A stretch of DNA of 64,000 bases from NCBI GenBank assembly GCA_053919585.1, contig CM132808.1. The stretch is one strand, 5' to 3'. Below are positions 38,600-51,699 of this stretch, in pieces (within the stretch, counting starts at the first letter, position 1; every line of letters begins with the position of its first letter). The DNA comes from Euprymna scolopes (taxonomy: Eukaryota). The notes beneath the pieces were generated by a model, which saw only the letters and a program-made list of their open reading frames with translations, had not been told where the DNA came from and did no database searches. A program made the position numbers and the translations under genes.

Positions 38600-39433
38600 G
38601 GGAGGAGGCCTCGTTTGTGGTGTATTGAATCCAGAAACAGACGTCATCAATCAGCGCACATAACTGATGCAGATTACGCAGACGACGTTGCTTTGTTCGC
38701 GAACAACACTACTGATGTGCAAACACTGTTACGCAAGCTAGAAAAGTCTGCAAATGGCATTGGCTTCCACATGAATGCGGATAAGACAAAGTTTATGACT
38801 TTCAATGCGAAAGGAGAGACCATGGCTCTAGCTGGATCAACGCTGAAAGAAGTCGCTGAGTTTACGCATCTGGGCAGCAACATAGCTTTCACTGAGAGAG
38901 ATATCGGAATTCGCATCTCAAAAGCATGGACCGCATTGGATGGGCTGCGTTCAGTATGGACTTCGGGGCTAACTAACAAACTGAAAAGGCAGTTCTTCAG
39001 GGCAGTGGTAGAGTCTGTCCTTGTTTACGGTGCTACAACCTGGACACTCACCAAAAGATTGGAAAGAAGACTAAACGGCACATACACCCGTGTGCTACGA
39101 ACAGTATTATATATATCTTGGCAAAATCATCCTACGAAGCAGCAACTTTATGGCAACCTACCTGCCTTATCTAATACCATCAGAGAAAGACGCCTACGAT
39201 TTGCCGGTCACTGTCTGAGGAGCAAGCATGAATTGGTGAGTGATGTATTACTATGGACTCCACGACACGGACGCGCAAGCAGAGGACGACCTAGATCCAC
39301 GTACATCCAGCAAATAGCACACGACGCTAACTGTGAACCTGAAGATCTGAGGCAGCTGATGGAAGAGTCACATTGGTCCGGGCAAGTAGCCCAGTCTGAT
39401 GATTATGATGACGATGACGACGACGACGACGAC
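38600..39433 (+). mobile_element. 5'-truncated RTE-clade LINE (RT C-terminal part, still open frame)
   Basis: DYADDVAL, NADKTKFM, FTHLGS, VESVLVYGATTWTLT, RRLRFAGHC, RGRP; (GAT/GAC)n tail. Confidence 0.92.
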
Positions 39434-39751
39434 GACAACGATGATGATGATGATGGTGGTGTAAAAATAGATGAAGAAGAAACGAACGGGGTGTTGTAAA
39501 ATTCGTTGATCATTCCAGTGTCAAAAGGGCGGATCCTAGCATGTTAGAACCAGTAAACGTGGCAAGAACGTTAAACCGATAAACTACGTTTAAGAATTAT
39601 GAACTGAATTCTATCGGAAGGGAAGGGCGGAGTCACTCCCGTCCCCCTCCCCCGGGCGTATTTTCAAAATAGGTCTGTGCATCGGGAACTCTAAACAGTC
39701 AGATGGAAAGTCAGAGACAGGGATAAAGACTCTACTGGACTGAGCTGAGAG

Positions 39752-39930
39752 ACTCCGCTTTGCTCTCCACTGGATTCCACGTTGCTGAAAGTCTGATCCT
39801 CGAACTTAGGGTTGATGACTAACTTGAAAATCGCCCAGACTACCCTGCTTTCTCCCCACTAGATTGCACGTTGTTGAGAGGCTGGCTCTAAGACTTAGGA
39901 TTAATGACTATATTTGAAAATCGCCAGACT
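39752..39930. repeat. ~90-bp tandem duplication
   Basis: Two copies of ..ccact.gatt.cacgttg..acttagg.tt.atgacta..ttgaaaatcgcc. Confidence 0.7.
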
Positions 39931-40290
39931 TTACCAAACGATGCCGTCCAAACACCAATATTAAGAGCCTAATTTGAGACGTGTGAAGAATCAGTGTATA
40001 TTTTTTCTACAAATAAAAGATCAGTCATCGAAGTGTTATTCTTTCTTTTCTTTTCTTTTTATTTATTTATTTATTTGCTTAAATGACCTTTGCCTCTCAG
40101 TGATACCGGATGATTTGCCCTTTCGATTATTTACAACTTGGAGGGGGGGGGATGATAGTTCGCTGGACAGAACCGTTCAACACCCAAAGCCTTCGCCAGA
40201 GTGGCCGGCGAGCGCCAAGGAATCAACCAGGAACAGACCTAGAACAAACGAATTCGGTGACATCACTCGCTGGACATAGGAGAGAGAGAG

Positions 40291-40339
<49 letters not shown>

Positions 40340-41819
40340 GTACATTGGCACATTACACTCAAGTTGCCAGTCTGTGTCGTTAGCCACTTGACATGGGACT
40401 TGAACTAAAATACATTTTCTTGAAATTCGGGTTCAAATCAAAGTGTAGTATCTGATCTAGTCAAATATGGTGCAATAAAATCACGGGGTCTCTGTTCGTG
40501 CCGAATGTCATTAAAATCGATATATGTTACAAACATCTACAATAGACCCCTCATAAGCAGATATATTTGGAAACTTGACCAGAGTATTTTACATAAGTAT
40601 GTTTCAGTTTGAACAAAATATTATGGGGACTACATTCGCGCCGGACGTCCATACAATAGGCATATTTTCAAGCACGGCAGCGATATACAACAGACGAAAA
40701 TAGTAAATGATATATCTATATTGTCGGAATTTTATTATTTTCTAGATGAAAAACAGCAAACGTATAACTTGCAAAAAAAATTTTTTAATAAGGAAAATAG
40801 AAGGGGGTGTAGAATTGACAACTAAAAAACTTGTTTTAAAAAAAGAGCTTATCTCTNNNNNNNNNNNNNNNNNNNNNNNNNNNNNNNNNNNNNNNNNNNN
40901 NNNNNNNNNNNNNNNNNNNNNNNNNNNNNNNNNNNNNNNNNNNNNNNNNNNNNNNNNNNNNNNNNNNNNNNNNNNNNNNNNNNNNNTTTTAATTTTGAGA
41001 AAATATATGTGCATTTAACATGTGTTTATATTACGATATTCGGGGAAAAATAACACGTTTACTGATTTCTAAAGAATTTAAATAGAATTGTATCGGAATC
41101 GGGAAACACATTGGAAAACAGTCCATCTACAGTCTTCATCGGGGCGGCAACTTTTTACGAGCAATTATCAAGTGACTACCAGGAACCCAGAAACGGACAC
41201 AATCAGCTACGCCATTAAGAGGAGGACATTAAGGGGTACAGCAGCGCTAGCCTGACAAACTAGGCACCATTTTATATTTCCAGATATTTCATTTATAGAG
41301 ACGAATACAGTTCTAATCTCAATCCAATAACACAGGAAGATTTCATAAACGCAGAATTTCTATTAAACACACAAATTAATTCTTCTTCAAAATCTTCTGG
41401 CAAACTAAAATGTATAACTACACTTTAGATGTGTTGAAAACAAACGCCCTCAAGCAGATGACGTGCTACAGTTTTCGCAGCTCTCAGTAAGCGAGTTTTA
41501 CGCCACGATGACCGAAACGAAAGATTTAGACAAGATGGTGAAAGGCAATCCGGTTCTTCTTTATAAAAGAGAAATCCGACGGATAAAAAAAAAAATTGAG
41601 TTTTCATTATAAAAAAAAAGAAAAGTTATCTACTTATTTATTTATCTTATTTTTACGTCGCTTTCAACTTAAGGCAATTTTATCTACCTAATTGTCATAT
41701 CGCAATTAGTTAAACTAATGGGATCTGTGGAAATTCCACAACAGACTCTCTCATATGTAATATATTGGTGTTGGTATTATTGTAACTCGTTGGTAAAACT
41801 GCCAAAGTATCTATCTAAG

Positions 41820-42025
41820 CTAGCAAGGACGCCTGGCGTAACCCGGTCGTAAAAAAAGGCTTAAATGTGATATTTTAATTTATGCAGATTTCGTATATAT
41901 CATTATGGGGTCAATTTTCTATCGATTCTTATATATTATAAAGTTGTAATTTCAAAAATAAAGAAATATATCCATATGACGTGGGTGCATCAGCTTCAAT
42001 CGAAACCGAAACTAAAACTTATGAC

Positions 42026-42086
<61 letters not shown>

Positions 42087-42261
42087 TTGAGTTCCTTCAG
42101 CTATAATCGAAAACGAAACCAAAACTTATGAAGAATTCTTGGTAAAATTATTTATTATAAGAAATGAAAGCTCATAACAATTAAACGACAGTCAAGCGGA
42201 AGAAAAAAGATGTATGCGTGACACACAAAATAACACACACGCTATCGTATTAATATATAGA
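41820..42261 (-). mobile_element. Non-autonomous Helitron
   Basis: Minus strand 5'-TCTATATATTAAT..., 3' imperfect hairpin (ccggg..ccagg) then CTAG. Confidence 0.7.
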
Positions 42262-42523
42262 TATTACTGCGTTATTACATAAAACGTGTACTTTGATAAA
42301 CAAATAATTGCCTGATATCCGCCATTAATTATAACAGGGCGGACTGAGTTACTTTCCTTGAGTTGGTTCTGTTTAATTATGCATAAACTTTAAAACTATT
42401 TTCATTAATAATTAATTTTCTATCTTATTGCTTTTCATAATTTTCAGATATGTTACTAAATTCGACATGGCTATTAAGTAAATGCCATTAGTTTTACTTG
42501 AAATTCAATGTTTCGATTTTCGA

Positions 42524-42591
<68 letters not shown>

Positions 42592-42976
42592 TTGGAAGTT
42601 TCTTTAAAACCTTTAAAACTATGTAAAAAATATTGTCCTTAGAACATTATTTTGTCAGTACGTCAATTAATCTTCCGTATACCTGAATAGTTTTACTGAC
42701 ATGAACAAACAATAGTATCAATGTTCTTAAAGGAATCATCAGTTGTTTACTATCAAACACTATTTCGCGGATTTAAAAACAAAACCGTACATTAAATCAT
42801 GACTCTCCCTTAAATACATGAACAAAATTATTTTTTAATACTGGATATAGTTTTTTCTTCCAAATAAATTTAGACTTATAAATACATGTCATTTACAAAA
42901 TATGTCTTACCTGTGTCCTCCATCCCTTTCTCCACAAAGTTATGTGCCAAATTCATGGCATATATATAAATATACA

Positions 42977-43378
42977 TAATTATTTTTTACTATAATAATT
43001 AAATACCTAGAAACACTAGTGTTTCATCCTTTCGGGAATCTTCAGTGCAGGGTGTCACGATTAATACCAGTCGAACGATTTGAATCCCGCAACACGAGAC
43101 ATCTCTGGCTCGATTAGCGAATACCTAATCCATTCGACTACCATTAACCGCGTGAAATAACGTTGAATTTAAACATCTTAATTTTAAATGTTCATTTACG
43201 TCAGTCAGACAGTGATCTAATCGTTATACGATGATCTATGCATAAGAGCTAAATTGGCCGACTTTTAATTCAACTGAAAGTGCTCAACGATATGAAACGA
43301 ATTTCTTAAAGGAGCTGTCATAATTATTTTTTACTATAATAATTAAATACCTACAGACCCTAATGTTTCATCCTTTCG
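42977..43378 (-). mobile_element. Family C tRNA-box + HHR element, tandem with 344-bp period (runs into gap)
   Basis: Direct repeats at 42977 and 43321; A box rc 43130-43140, B box rc 43077-43087; HHR 43006-43051, two-copy consensus CCUGCA-CUGAAGA-UUCC..GGAU-GAAAC-N6-GUC-UGUAGG. Confidence 0.75.
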
Positions 43379-43810
43379 NNNNNNNNNNNNNNNNNNNNNN
43401 NNNNNNNNNNNNNNNNNNNNNNNNNNNNNNNNNNNNNNNNNNNNNNNNNNNNNNNNNNNNNNNNNNNNNNNNNNNNNNNNNNNNNNNNNNNNNNNNNNNN
43501 NNNNNNNNNNNNNNACTTTAGAACTATGAAAAGTGAAGATAAATATAACCAAATTAGAAATTGACGTAATAAAATTAGATAATTAAATGCAACAATAAAT
43601 TTTTGACGAGAAAAAATAGGGGAAAAACTTACATATTACGATGGAATGGGGGGGGGTCCGACTCGGCTCAGGTAACAGACCTTGTGGATTTTTACATTCT
43701 TATGGAAATCGATAGAAAAGTACCGGTGTAAAGAGGGGGGGGGGAAGTCTCTTTAAAGATGACGCGCCATTTTTTTTATTAACTCTGCTGATAAAAACTT
43801 AGAAAGAACT

Positions 43811-44868
43811 AAATTCTTACATAACTTCTTTAAAGATATTGACCTAAAAATAAGTATTAATATTAACCATAAAGTAGTGTACCTTTTAGATATTACCCAC
43901 AACTTAATTAATAATACATATGCACCATGCTATAAACCTAATTAAACGTTATATTGTATCGACTTTAACTCTAATTACCCAAGCTCAGTGAAGGAGGTTA
44001 TTATTCCTACGATCTTTAAAAGAACATCTATATTATCTTATAACGAACAAATATTCAATAGTAAGAAAACAACACTATAACGAAGCATTAGCTAGATCAG
44101 GATTAATAATGAAATTAATTATATTAAGCATGAACTTAATAAATCAAAGATAATAAGGATAGGCTATGAGCAGTTCTAGGCATAAACATTCTGAAGACAA
44201 TACAACAGGCACTATTAGCTCCGATCCGATCAAAATAGGAACTCTAAACAAACATTTAAAAAAAAAAAAATAAAAAAAAAACGTATAGAAATTGTATATG
44301 GTTTAATCCACCTTACAGTACGGCACATCCGAAATAACTTACCAAAGGGATTTTACCAGATTTTTACAGGAACTTCCCTAAAGGTAGCAGCTTAGGTAAA
44401 TTCATAAACAAAAATGCAGTAAAATTATCATTCTCAACATCTGTTAACCCAGTGAAAACTATAATAAGTTCTAATAACGCAAAAATAGAAAAGAAAATTA
44501 AGGAAGGTTTCTGTAACTGTAGAAATACTAATGAATTATTTTAGATATCGTATATAAATGCGAATTTATTCAAAATAATAAAACTAGAACGTATATAGGG
44601 TTGACGAGAGACCGGTTCAATGAAATATTAAAATAAACAATGAAAACGTGAATAAAAAATCAACATCTTTAGCTAAATGGGTAACGGAGCTACGTAAGAA
44701 TAATATAGGGTAAAAATTAAAACGGGCAATATAAAGAAAGGGCAAGAATATACACACAAAATAAATGCAGGCGTTGAAACCGTCGAATCATATCATATAA
44801 TAGTATCTAATAAAAATTTATTAAATATAAGACAAGAACTAGTACAATGTTGCTTGCATAGAAATTAG
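43811..44868 (+). mobile_element. Decayed Penelope-like element (RT thumb, CNCR linker, GIY-YIG endonuclease; Neptune-like)
   Basis: VYLLDIT.NL..NTYAPCYKPN, SNYP, YNEALARSG, RNCIWFNPPYS, KLSFS, FCNCR, IVYKC..TYIGLT..RF, STSLAKWV, LLNIRQELVQCCLHRN; stops and frameshifts. Confidence 0.85.
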
Positions 44869-45364
44869 TATTACTACCTCGCCTAAAACTACCTAATATT
44901 AGGTAGCTTAAAGTAAATAACTCGTAGATAATAGTTTTATTTTTAAAATAAATAAAAATAATGATAAAATGGAGAAGAGTCCAATTGAAAGGTAAAAGAA
45001 TCTCATAGAGTCATGCAACTATAATAACAAGTGAGTAAAGAAAGTATATTATAAATAATTAAATAGCTCAATACATGGAATCAACAAAAAATATGGATTT
45101 AGTCATAAGGTATCCTAAAACATAATATTAGGAAATCTGAAAATATAATTAATAAATGAAAAGATTTTATAAATTAAATCTATTTGAACTAGTAAATGAT
45201 ATTATCTCTAAAATACACGTGTAATAACTAGGCAAAATATCTCATTGAATTATTTCTCTTAGACTGAGCAGATTAACAAGTTATTTCGGTTAAACATTTA
45301 TCTCTTATTATTTGAAATTAATTCTAATGTGCCCTAAGAAACAATACTGATTTATACGCAATAC

Positions 45365-45443
<79 letters not shown>

Positions 45444-45572
45444 ATAAAATAAAAACGCAAAAATAGAAAAGGCAATTAAGGAAGGTTTCTGTAACTGTAG
45501 AAATACTAGACTTGTTGTTTCATCAAATAATTTTGCATGCAAAATCCGATCCCACATTTTGCTAATTCCTAC

Positions 45573-45619
45573 CCTCTGATGAGAAGGAAAGTATTTCTTC
45601 GAAACTCCGCGGATTAAGG
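45573..45619 (+). ncRNA. Type I hammerhead motif downstream of the Penelope-like ORF
   Basis: CCU-CUGAUGA-GAAG..CUUC-GAAAC-UCCGCGGA(palindrome)-UUA-AGG. Confidence 0.7.
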
Positions 45620-45710
45620 ACTATCCACTTATCTAGTGTTTCCTTTTCAGATTAAATATGTTTTAACTCATTTCAAAGCGTTTTTAACATGCTTCATTAA
45701 CTGTTTGGTC

Positions 45711-45777
<67 letters not shown>

Positions 45778-46219
45778 GACATGATCTTTAAATTGGATTA
45801 TGTATGTAAATAAAAATTTAAATATTTAATTTTAGGCTGACGAGATATATCGTTTTTTTTATATTTTGTCGTCAAGGTAAAATAAAACATGATTCCCACA
45901 AGATAGGCTAATATAGTAGTTGTTTTGAACTGAGCGAAGGTCTATTAATGTACTCCCCTTTAAAACTTGCAGAGACTTTACCGGATGGAAATTTCGTCAA
46001 GTCTATTTTTAGACCGGATTGTAAAGCAGAGAGGAAGAGGGGAGACCGGAAGTGGTATCGCGACCCTCTTCTCCAGTCATGCGTGAGAATGTGATTAATT
46101 TACTTTGCTATGCTATGTAAATAAGTTCTAATTGACAGTCTTTTGGATGTTGAAAGTTCAATTTTCAGTGCAAGTGATATTAGTCATAAAATTACGAATT
46201 ACATAAGACGTCTATCCGA

Positions 46220-46380
46220 TTATGGCTGACGGAACGAGACCAAGCTAATCTTGCAGATCGATAAAGTGTTCAAAATTCCTCACAGATTCCCGAGTTGGAT
46301 AGAAAGGTTCCCAAGTTCGAAAAAAGAACATCTAAAGAAAGTCGAAACGGTGTGAAAATTACATCCAAGTTCGAATCATC
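46220..46380 (+). mobile_element. Family B decayed fragment
   Basis: atggctgacggaacgaga.. homologous to 32494-32660; another fragment at ~26190-26270. Confidence 0.6.
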
Positions 46381-46753
46381 TAAATAATCTAAATGGACAA
46401 AAAAAATGTTTGTCGTAATATTGATTTAGTGCTGAATATTGTTTGAAAGTATCGACTTTCAATTGGACAATACTTGAGTCAGAAGTTTCTTTCAGCCAAT
46501 GACAGGCGCAAAATGCAGAAAGAAAACATTGGTGTTTGGGGTTTCTTTCCTTCTTTTTTTCTGTGTTTTATTTTTTAGACTGAACACGTCTGGTGCAGTC
46601 TAATCGTGGCCCGACGGCTCTCGGCAGACGTAACGAAAACATTAAGGAATTACCAAAAAGAGAGATAGAAAGAGAGAAAAAGAGAAAAGGAAAAGAAAAG
46701 AGAAAGAGAGAGGGGGGAAGAAAGAATGGAAGATAGCTAGCAGCTTGTCTAGT

Positions 46754-46799
46754 TACACTTCTTGGCCTTTTGGTGAAGATCAAAGTGTAGTATCTGTTC
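46754..46799 (+). pseudogene. U2 snRNA 5' fragment fused to unrelated sequence
   Basis: cttcttggccttttggtgaagatcaaagtgtagtatctgttc, close to the invertebrate U2 5' end; identity stops after TCTGTTC. Confidence 0.8.
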
Positions 46800-47557
46800 C
46801 GGCAGATGCTGCACTTAAGATAATTTGTACCAGTCAATGGAGGGGAAACCCTATATACTGGGACAATTATTATTTTTGGTAACCAGAGTGCCCCCTTTTT
46901 GCCTACTTTTAGGGGAGCTGGTGTTAACCTCACATTAAAAACGGCCTTGTGCCTAATTTGCTCAGTGGGGGAGCAAATAAATACCATCTGTTCTTCAGGT
47001 GCTGCACTTCATTTTCTTGTTCTCTTTCGGTGGAGGAGAAATCCTTCACGACTGAGACAATTTTTATTTTTGTACCTTTTCTCCACGTTAAAAAACGACC
47101 CTGGTGTCTAACTCTGTCCCGTGGGGAGGCATAGTAAATAGGTACACTTGTACTCAACCACTCTCACCCTTTCTCATGCTTTTCTGTGAACGACATGTTT
47201 AGCTTCCGACTGCTTCAGTTGTCAGCCGAAAAAAGGAAGCTCTCCTTATTTCCTTATCTAGGTAAACGTTTCACTTCTGACCTCCCATACGCCAATCACT
47301 TCTCCATTCTAATAACGTATTTCATTACGTAACAAATAAAATCGATAGTATTTAGCGCTTAATATAAAAACCTAAACACTCGTATTCTCTTTCTCCTTTT
47401 TCGTTTTACTTTCAAACTCGACACACGTGAGTCCGTCCATAAATCCAGCGAATACTCATGGCATACGCAACAAGAAATATTCATGAATTACTAAACAGAG
47501 CAACAGCACATACACACTGCTTATATAAATTATTCACTCACATACAAGTTCATGCAC

Positions 47558-47755
47558 ATATAGTAATTTTTTTTCGGACTATTATTCTCATCTTTTATTA
47601 GTTGTTTTTCATCTTTTATTGGTTGTTGTTTTTTCACGATGTTTCGGCCAACTATTCCTCTGGCCTTCATCAGGTGGTAACCGCGACGGGTAGGAACCTC
47701 GAATCACTAATAAAAGATGAGAATAATAGTTCGAAATAAAAATAAATTACTATAT
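47558..47755 (-). mobile_element. Family A truncated copy with inverted ends; HHR 47635-47676
   Basis: CAC-CUGAUGA-A-GGCCA..UGGCC-GAAA-CA-UC-GUG; terminal inverted arms. Confidence 0.75.
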
Positions 47756-48163
47756 ACAATGCTCATCTCAAAAATGAATTCCAGTTAAGGAATAATATTC
47801 ATGCACATACTTTCACACTTATTAAAACAAAGGCTTACTTACTGCTTACTAGTCTACTGAAATTACACACTCGCACGGCGACAACCGAAATAAACATATC
47901 CATTCAACTTCTTCTTGCAGACTAAATAACTTGTTCCCAGACACTCGTTTTCTATCACGTTTTTATCTTTTTAGTTATCCTCACAAAGCTGTCAATAAAA
48001 ATTGTTTATATTTTTGTATGGATAGACTTCGTTATTCTTTCTTTTTGATGTTACTTTCCATCTGTATGTTTCTGGCGTTGTTCGGCGGCATGGACAACAC
48101 AATAGAAGAGTAAAAAAAAGTGTGTGTAACATTTTTCTTTTTAAATTCTCCTCTCTTTCTCCT

Positions 48164-48204
<41 letters not shown>

Positions 48205-48380
48205 TACTTCCATCTCCTCGCTCTATATTCTCCTTCTACATCGCCCTACGTATCATCTACCATCTCACTTTTTTCTAGCAAGTGGAAAAATATCATGGAC
48301 GAATTACTACATAACATTTAAAAAAATCGCTCTAAACGTCGATCCCCTAATTCTGTTTCTGGTGATTCACAAAAGATTAA

Positions 48381-48418
<38 letters not shown>

Positions 48419-48525
48419 ATAATAATAATAATAATGCACCTATATTTCGTGCGAAGTAATGCCAGAAAAGAATGTCCGATTTGTGAGAGTCTTCTTGTGT
48501 ATTATTTTTGATGCTTGTTAAGATG

Positions 48526-48925
48526 GAGTCGACAAATCTAGTTGTTTGAATATGTGGTTTTACGCAAAAACTGTTCTTGCTTAATTGTCGCGTTGAAAAT
48601 AGTAATACATCTCAAACTTACGAAAATTAAGCGAGTAGAACTGCTATTGTATTTTTATTAAATAGTCCAAAACATACGCCAACAATTCAAGTGGCGAAAA
48701 GGGGGTTAAGTATGTCCCTTGTATTCGCAATCTTCAAGGTGTTCACATCCAGGGAAAGTGCAACTTCCCCCAATTTTCCGTAGAAATTACTTTTAACTAT
48801 AAATCATTTTCTACTCGGTGAATTTTCATTATTTTCTGATATATTACTATTTTCGACATGACAGTTAAGTAAGTAATATTATTTTCGCTTAAAAGTACAT
48901 TTTAAAAAAAATCGATCCGTCGACT
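48526..48925. mobile_element. MITE-like imperfect palindrome
   Basis: gagtcgac/gtcgactc ends and gttgaaaatagtaata/tattactattttcgac inner arms. Confidence 0.45.
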
Positions 48926-48929
48926 CTAT

Positions 48930-49490
48930 CTTAACAAGCATCGTCTTTTGAAATATTTTATCTGAACACACAGATACACACAATCAAATCTCATTGGCAT
49001 ATGGTATTTACACTGTCCGCAACAACAAAATATTAAATACCTCCATTGGAAGGTCTGCAGAGAGGTGCAACTTGACAGAAATCTGGGAACATCACCGATA
49101 ACATCAAATGGAAAGGTAAACAGTATTCTATAACAAAGACATAAAGGCGGACAGATACATAAAAGACACTCAAGCCAGACATTATAATATGGAACAAATC
49201 CGGGCGAACTGTGCACATTATCGATGTAAACGTTCCCAATGATTATAGCCTTAAAGTTGAACAGGAAATAACAAAATATTAGGACATCAAGAATGATTTT
49301 TAAAAAAAACGGCATGGTTTCTGAAAGAAATAAACATTATTGCTATAGGAGCAACTGGCCGAATGAATTAAAAAAAAAAAAAAAAAAAAACGAAATACTT
49401 GGACTTAATCCTTGGAAGACCAAGCTGTAGCGAAATACAGATATCAGCCATAAATGGAACAACGTCTATTCTTAAAAAGAGATTTCCGAT
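48930..49490 (+). mobile_element. RLE non-LTR retrotransposon C-terminal relic
   Basis: KPDIII, VHIIDVNVPNDY, KITKY, AIGATG, EIQISAINGTTSILK. Confidence 0.75.
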
Positions 49491-50192
49491 ATAAATTCAA
49501 ATCGTAATAGAATCAAGAGTTAGCTCCCTTGATCTCTTAAAACTAACTGAATTTTTTTTAAAAAAAGGTATTTTCTTTTATATAATAGACTGACATCAAA
49601 TTTTAAAAAATAACAATCAATAACGACAAATGTGTAGAGAGAAAACAATACCAAAAGAAAAACAATAAAAACGACTTGATGTTGGGAGCAGCTCGTGAGT
49701 ACTCGACGCATGCAGAAGGCGAAAGAGGCAGTAAACTTGATATTTTGAATCTGTTGCCGTTGGTGATACGAAGTGATGAATGATGTGGAAGATTTTTTAG
49801 TAGGTTGAGTGAACTATTTGTTAGGTTTAGCATAAGTACCTACAATTCTAAATAAAAGAAAAAAAAATGGCACTTACATTTTAACATAGTGTATACAAGC
49901 GCGTCAGAAAATAGCAGCAGCAGCGAAGTATGGCGGTTTGCGAAGATATTAGCAGCAGAAGCAGTTGTAGCCGAAAAAAAAGCGAATATGCAAATTAGGA
50001 AGTGTGCCCGAGAATAAGGAAAAAAGGAGAGAAAAATGCACCACGTTCGCGGGACAGAAGCAAAGAGCGCGTTGAAGAAATAGGCGTTTAAAGTCGAAGA
50101 CGAGAATGGGCCGGCTGTGCCTAGCATGCGGTCGGAAAAAAAGAGAAACGCGTGCAAAGACAGGTGGCAGAGAGAAAATAATAATTAAATAT

Positions 50193-50677
50193 CAGTGTTA
50201 GAACGATTAATCAGAAAATCGGAATTAGAGGGAATATCGGAATCGGTATCGGAATAGGAAAAATTGTTTATATTTTCGGATGCAAAAATAAAAACAAAAA
50301 ACGAGTATTTTAATCGTTTTATAGTTTGTTTTTGTTTAAAATTTAATTTTACATTGCTGGTACTAATGTTAAAGGATAAACAGTTATTGATTTTAAATTA
50401 CCAGTAAAATTAAAATATATACATCACGCCCCTCACACACATGTGTAATTTACGTTTGCCTAGATATGCAAATATTACACGTTTTTTTTACGGTAATATT
50501 TTTTTTAATAACGATCTATGCCTAATATGTTTAGTGCTTTCAAAGGAATCGGAATCGTTAAGTGTATCGGAATCGGTAATTTACAACAGAATCGGTAATT
50601 TACAACAGAATCGGTAATTTACAACAGAATCGGTAATTGTTTCGGAAGGAGGAAAATTTTAAAATCGTCCATCATTA
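50193..50677. mobile_element. hAT-type non-autonomous element with subterminal AATCGG repeats
   Basis: TIR cagtgttagaacgatt / aatcgtccatcatta; 8-bp flanks ttaaatat / ttatattt; internal 19-bp tandem x3. Confidence 0.65.
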
Positions 50678-51699
50678 TTATATTTGCAAAAATAAAAGTG
50701 GAATAATTTTGATTAAGAAATAATTTTTACCCAAGGGCTGTCTCTCTTGCCGCAAAGAGATTCTGAACATTTGAACAGAGTTATGCCCCTTGCATAAACT
50801 GTCAAAAAAAAAATCTGTGTGGAGTCCCGATAGGTGGTTGGTGAAGCACTGCAACACTTTTCCGGCAACTCCTGCAGCTACGCTGGCTCCGACCGTATTG
50901 GCTTGCTTTTCCGTCAGACTTTGTCTGCAACGCCAAGAGAAGGACCCTGGTAACTGGATAAATCTAGGTCTCTTTATCAACTGCCCACCCCTGCATTCGA
51001 AGAGCCAATTTCAACTTCGAACTGTACAGCCACAGCAGTTGCTGCAGTGCTCAACTAAATGCAAAATGGCATTGTTTTATTAAACCGAAGGTTGGCATCA
51101 GACGTCCTTTGCATTCCACCAGCCGGTGTTTGCAGATAACATTCAATGGACGTGTCGCATAGCGATTAATGCTAATTAGTCCTAATTATGAAGTAATTAA
51201 TTATTTTTCCGTTGTAAATATATAATGTATAATTATATTTGTTGATCTATAAAGAAGCGTTTTCATCCAATTCATTCTTCCTTTCCTTGTCTTACCACTC
51301 ACAGACATTATTTCAGTTGTCATTTTGTTTTGATTGCAATTTTTACTTTTACTTACTTTTAAATTAATATTCTTTTCATCATCTTTTTATAAACTGAATT
51401 AGACTAAATATAGTCTGCATTGCAATCCCATATGCCAACCAGTTATGTTCAAAAATTGATTATCATCAGTTAATTAGTGTAGAGGTAGATTCTGTATATA
51501 CAAAAATCTAAACATACAGGGTAGGGTGGAACGATAAAATTGTCGCCCAAGAAAAGACGACATTCCATTTCCGTTTGATGGAAATCTTTTTTTTTTTCTT
51601 TTCTTTTTATTTTTGCAGACAATCTACTAGTTGGCCAGTTGTGTACAAATCCCAAGGGCAATAGGATACTTCTATCATGTCTGAAAGTGGCACACTGTT

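Noticed and set aside
1249-43552. ORFs containing X runs or YI/SL/HT dipeptide repeats
   Set aside because: Artefacts of assembly gaps and microsatellites
45775-46203. Solo LTR (TGTGAC...ATTACA)
   Set aside because: Termini are suggestive but the flanks (atat / taag) do not form a TSD
46754-46799. Functional U2 snRNA gene
   Set aside because: Only ~45 nt of the 5' end; no Sm site or 3' stem-loops
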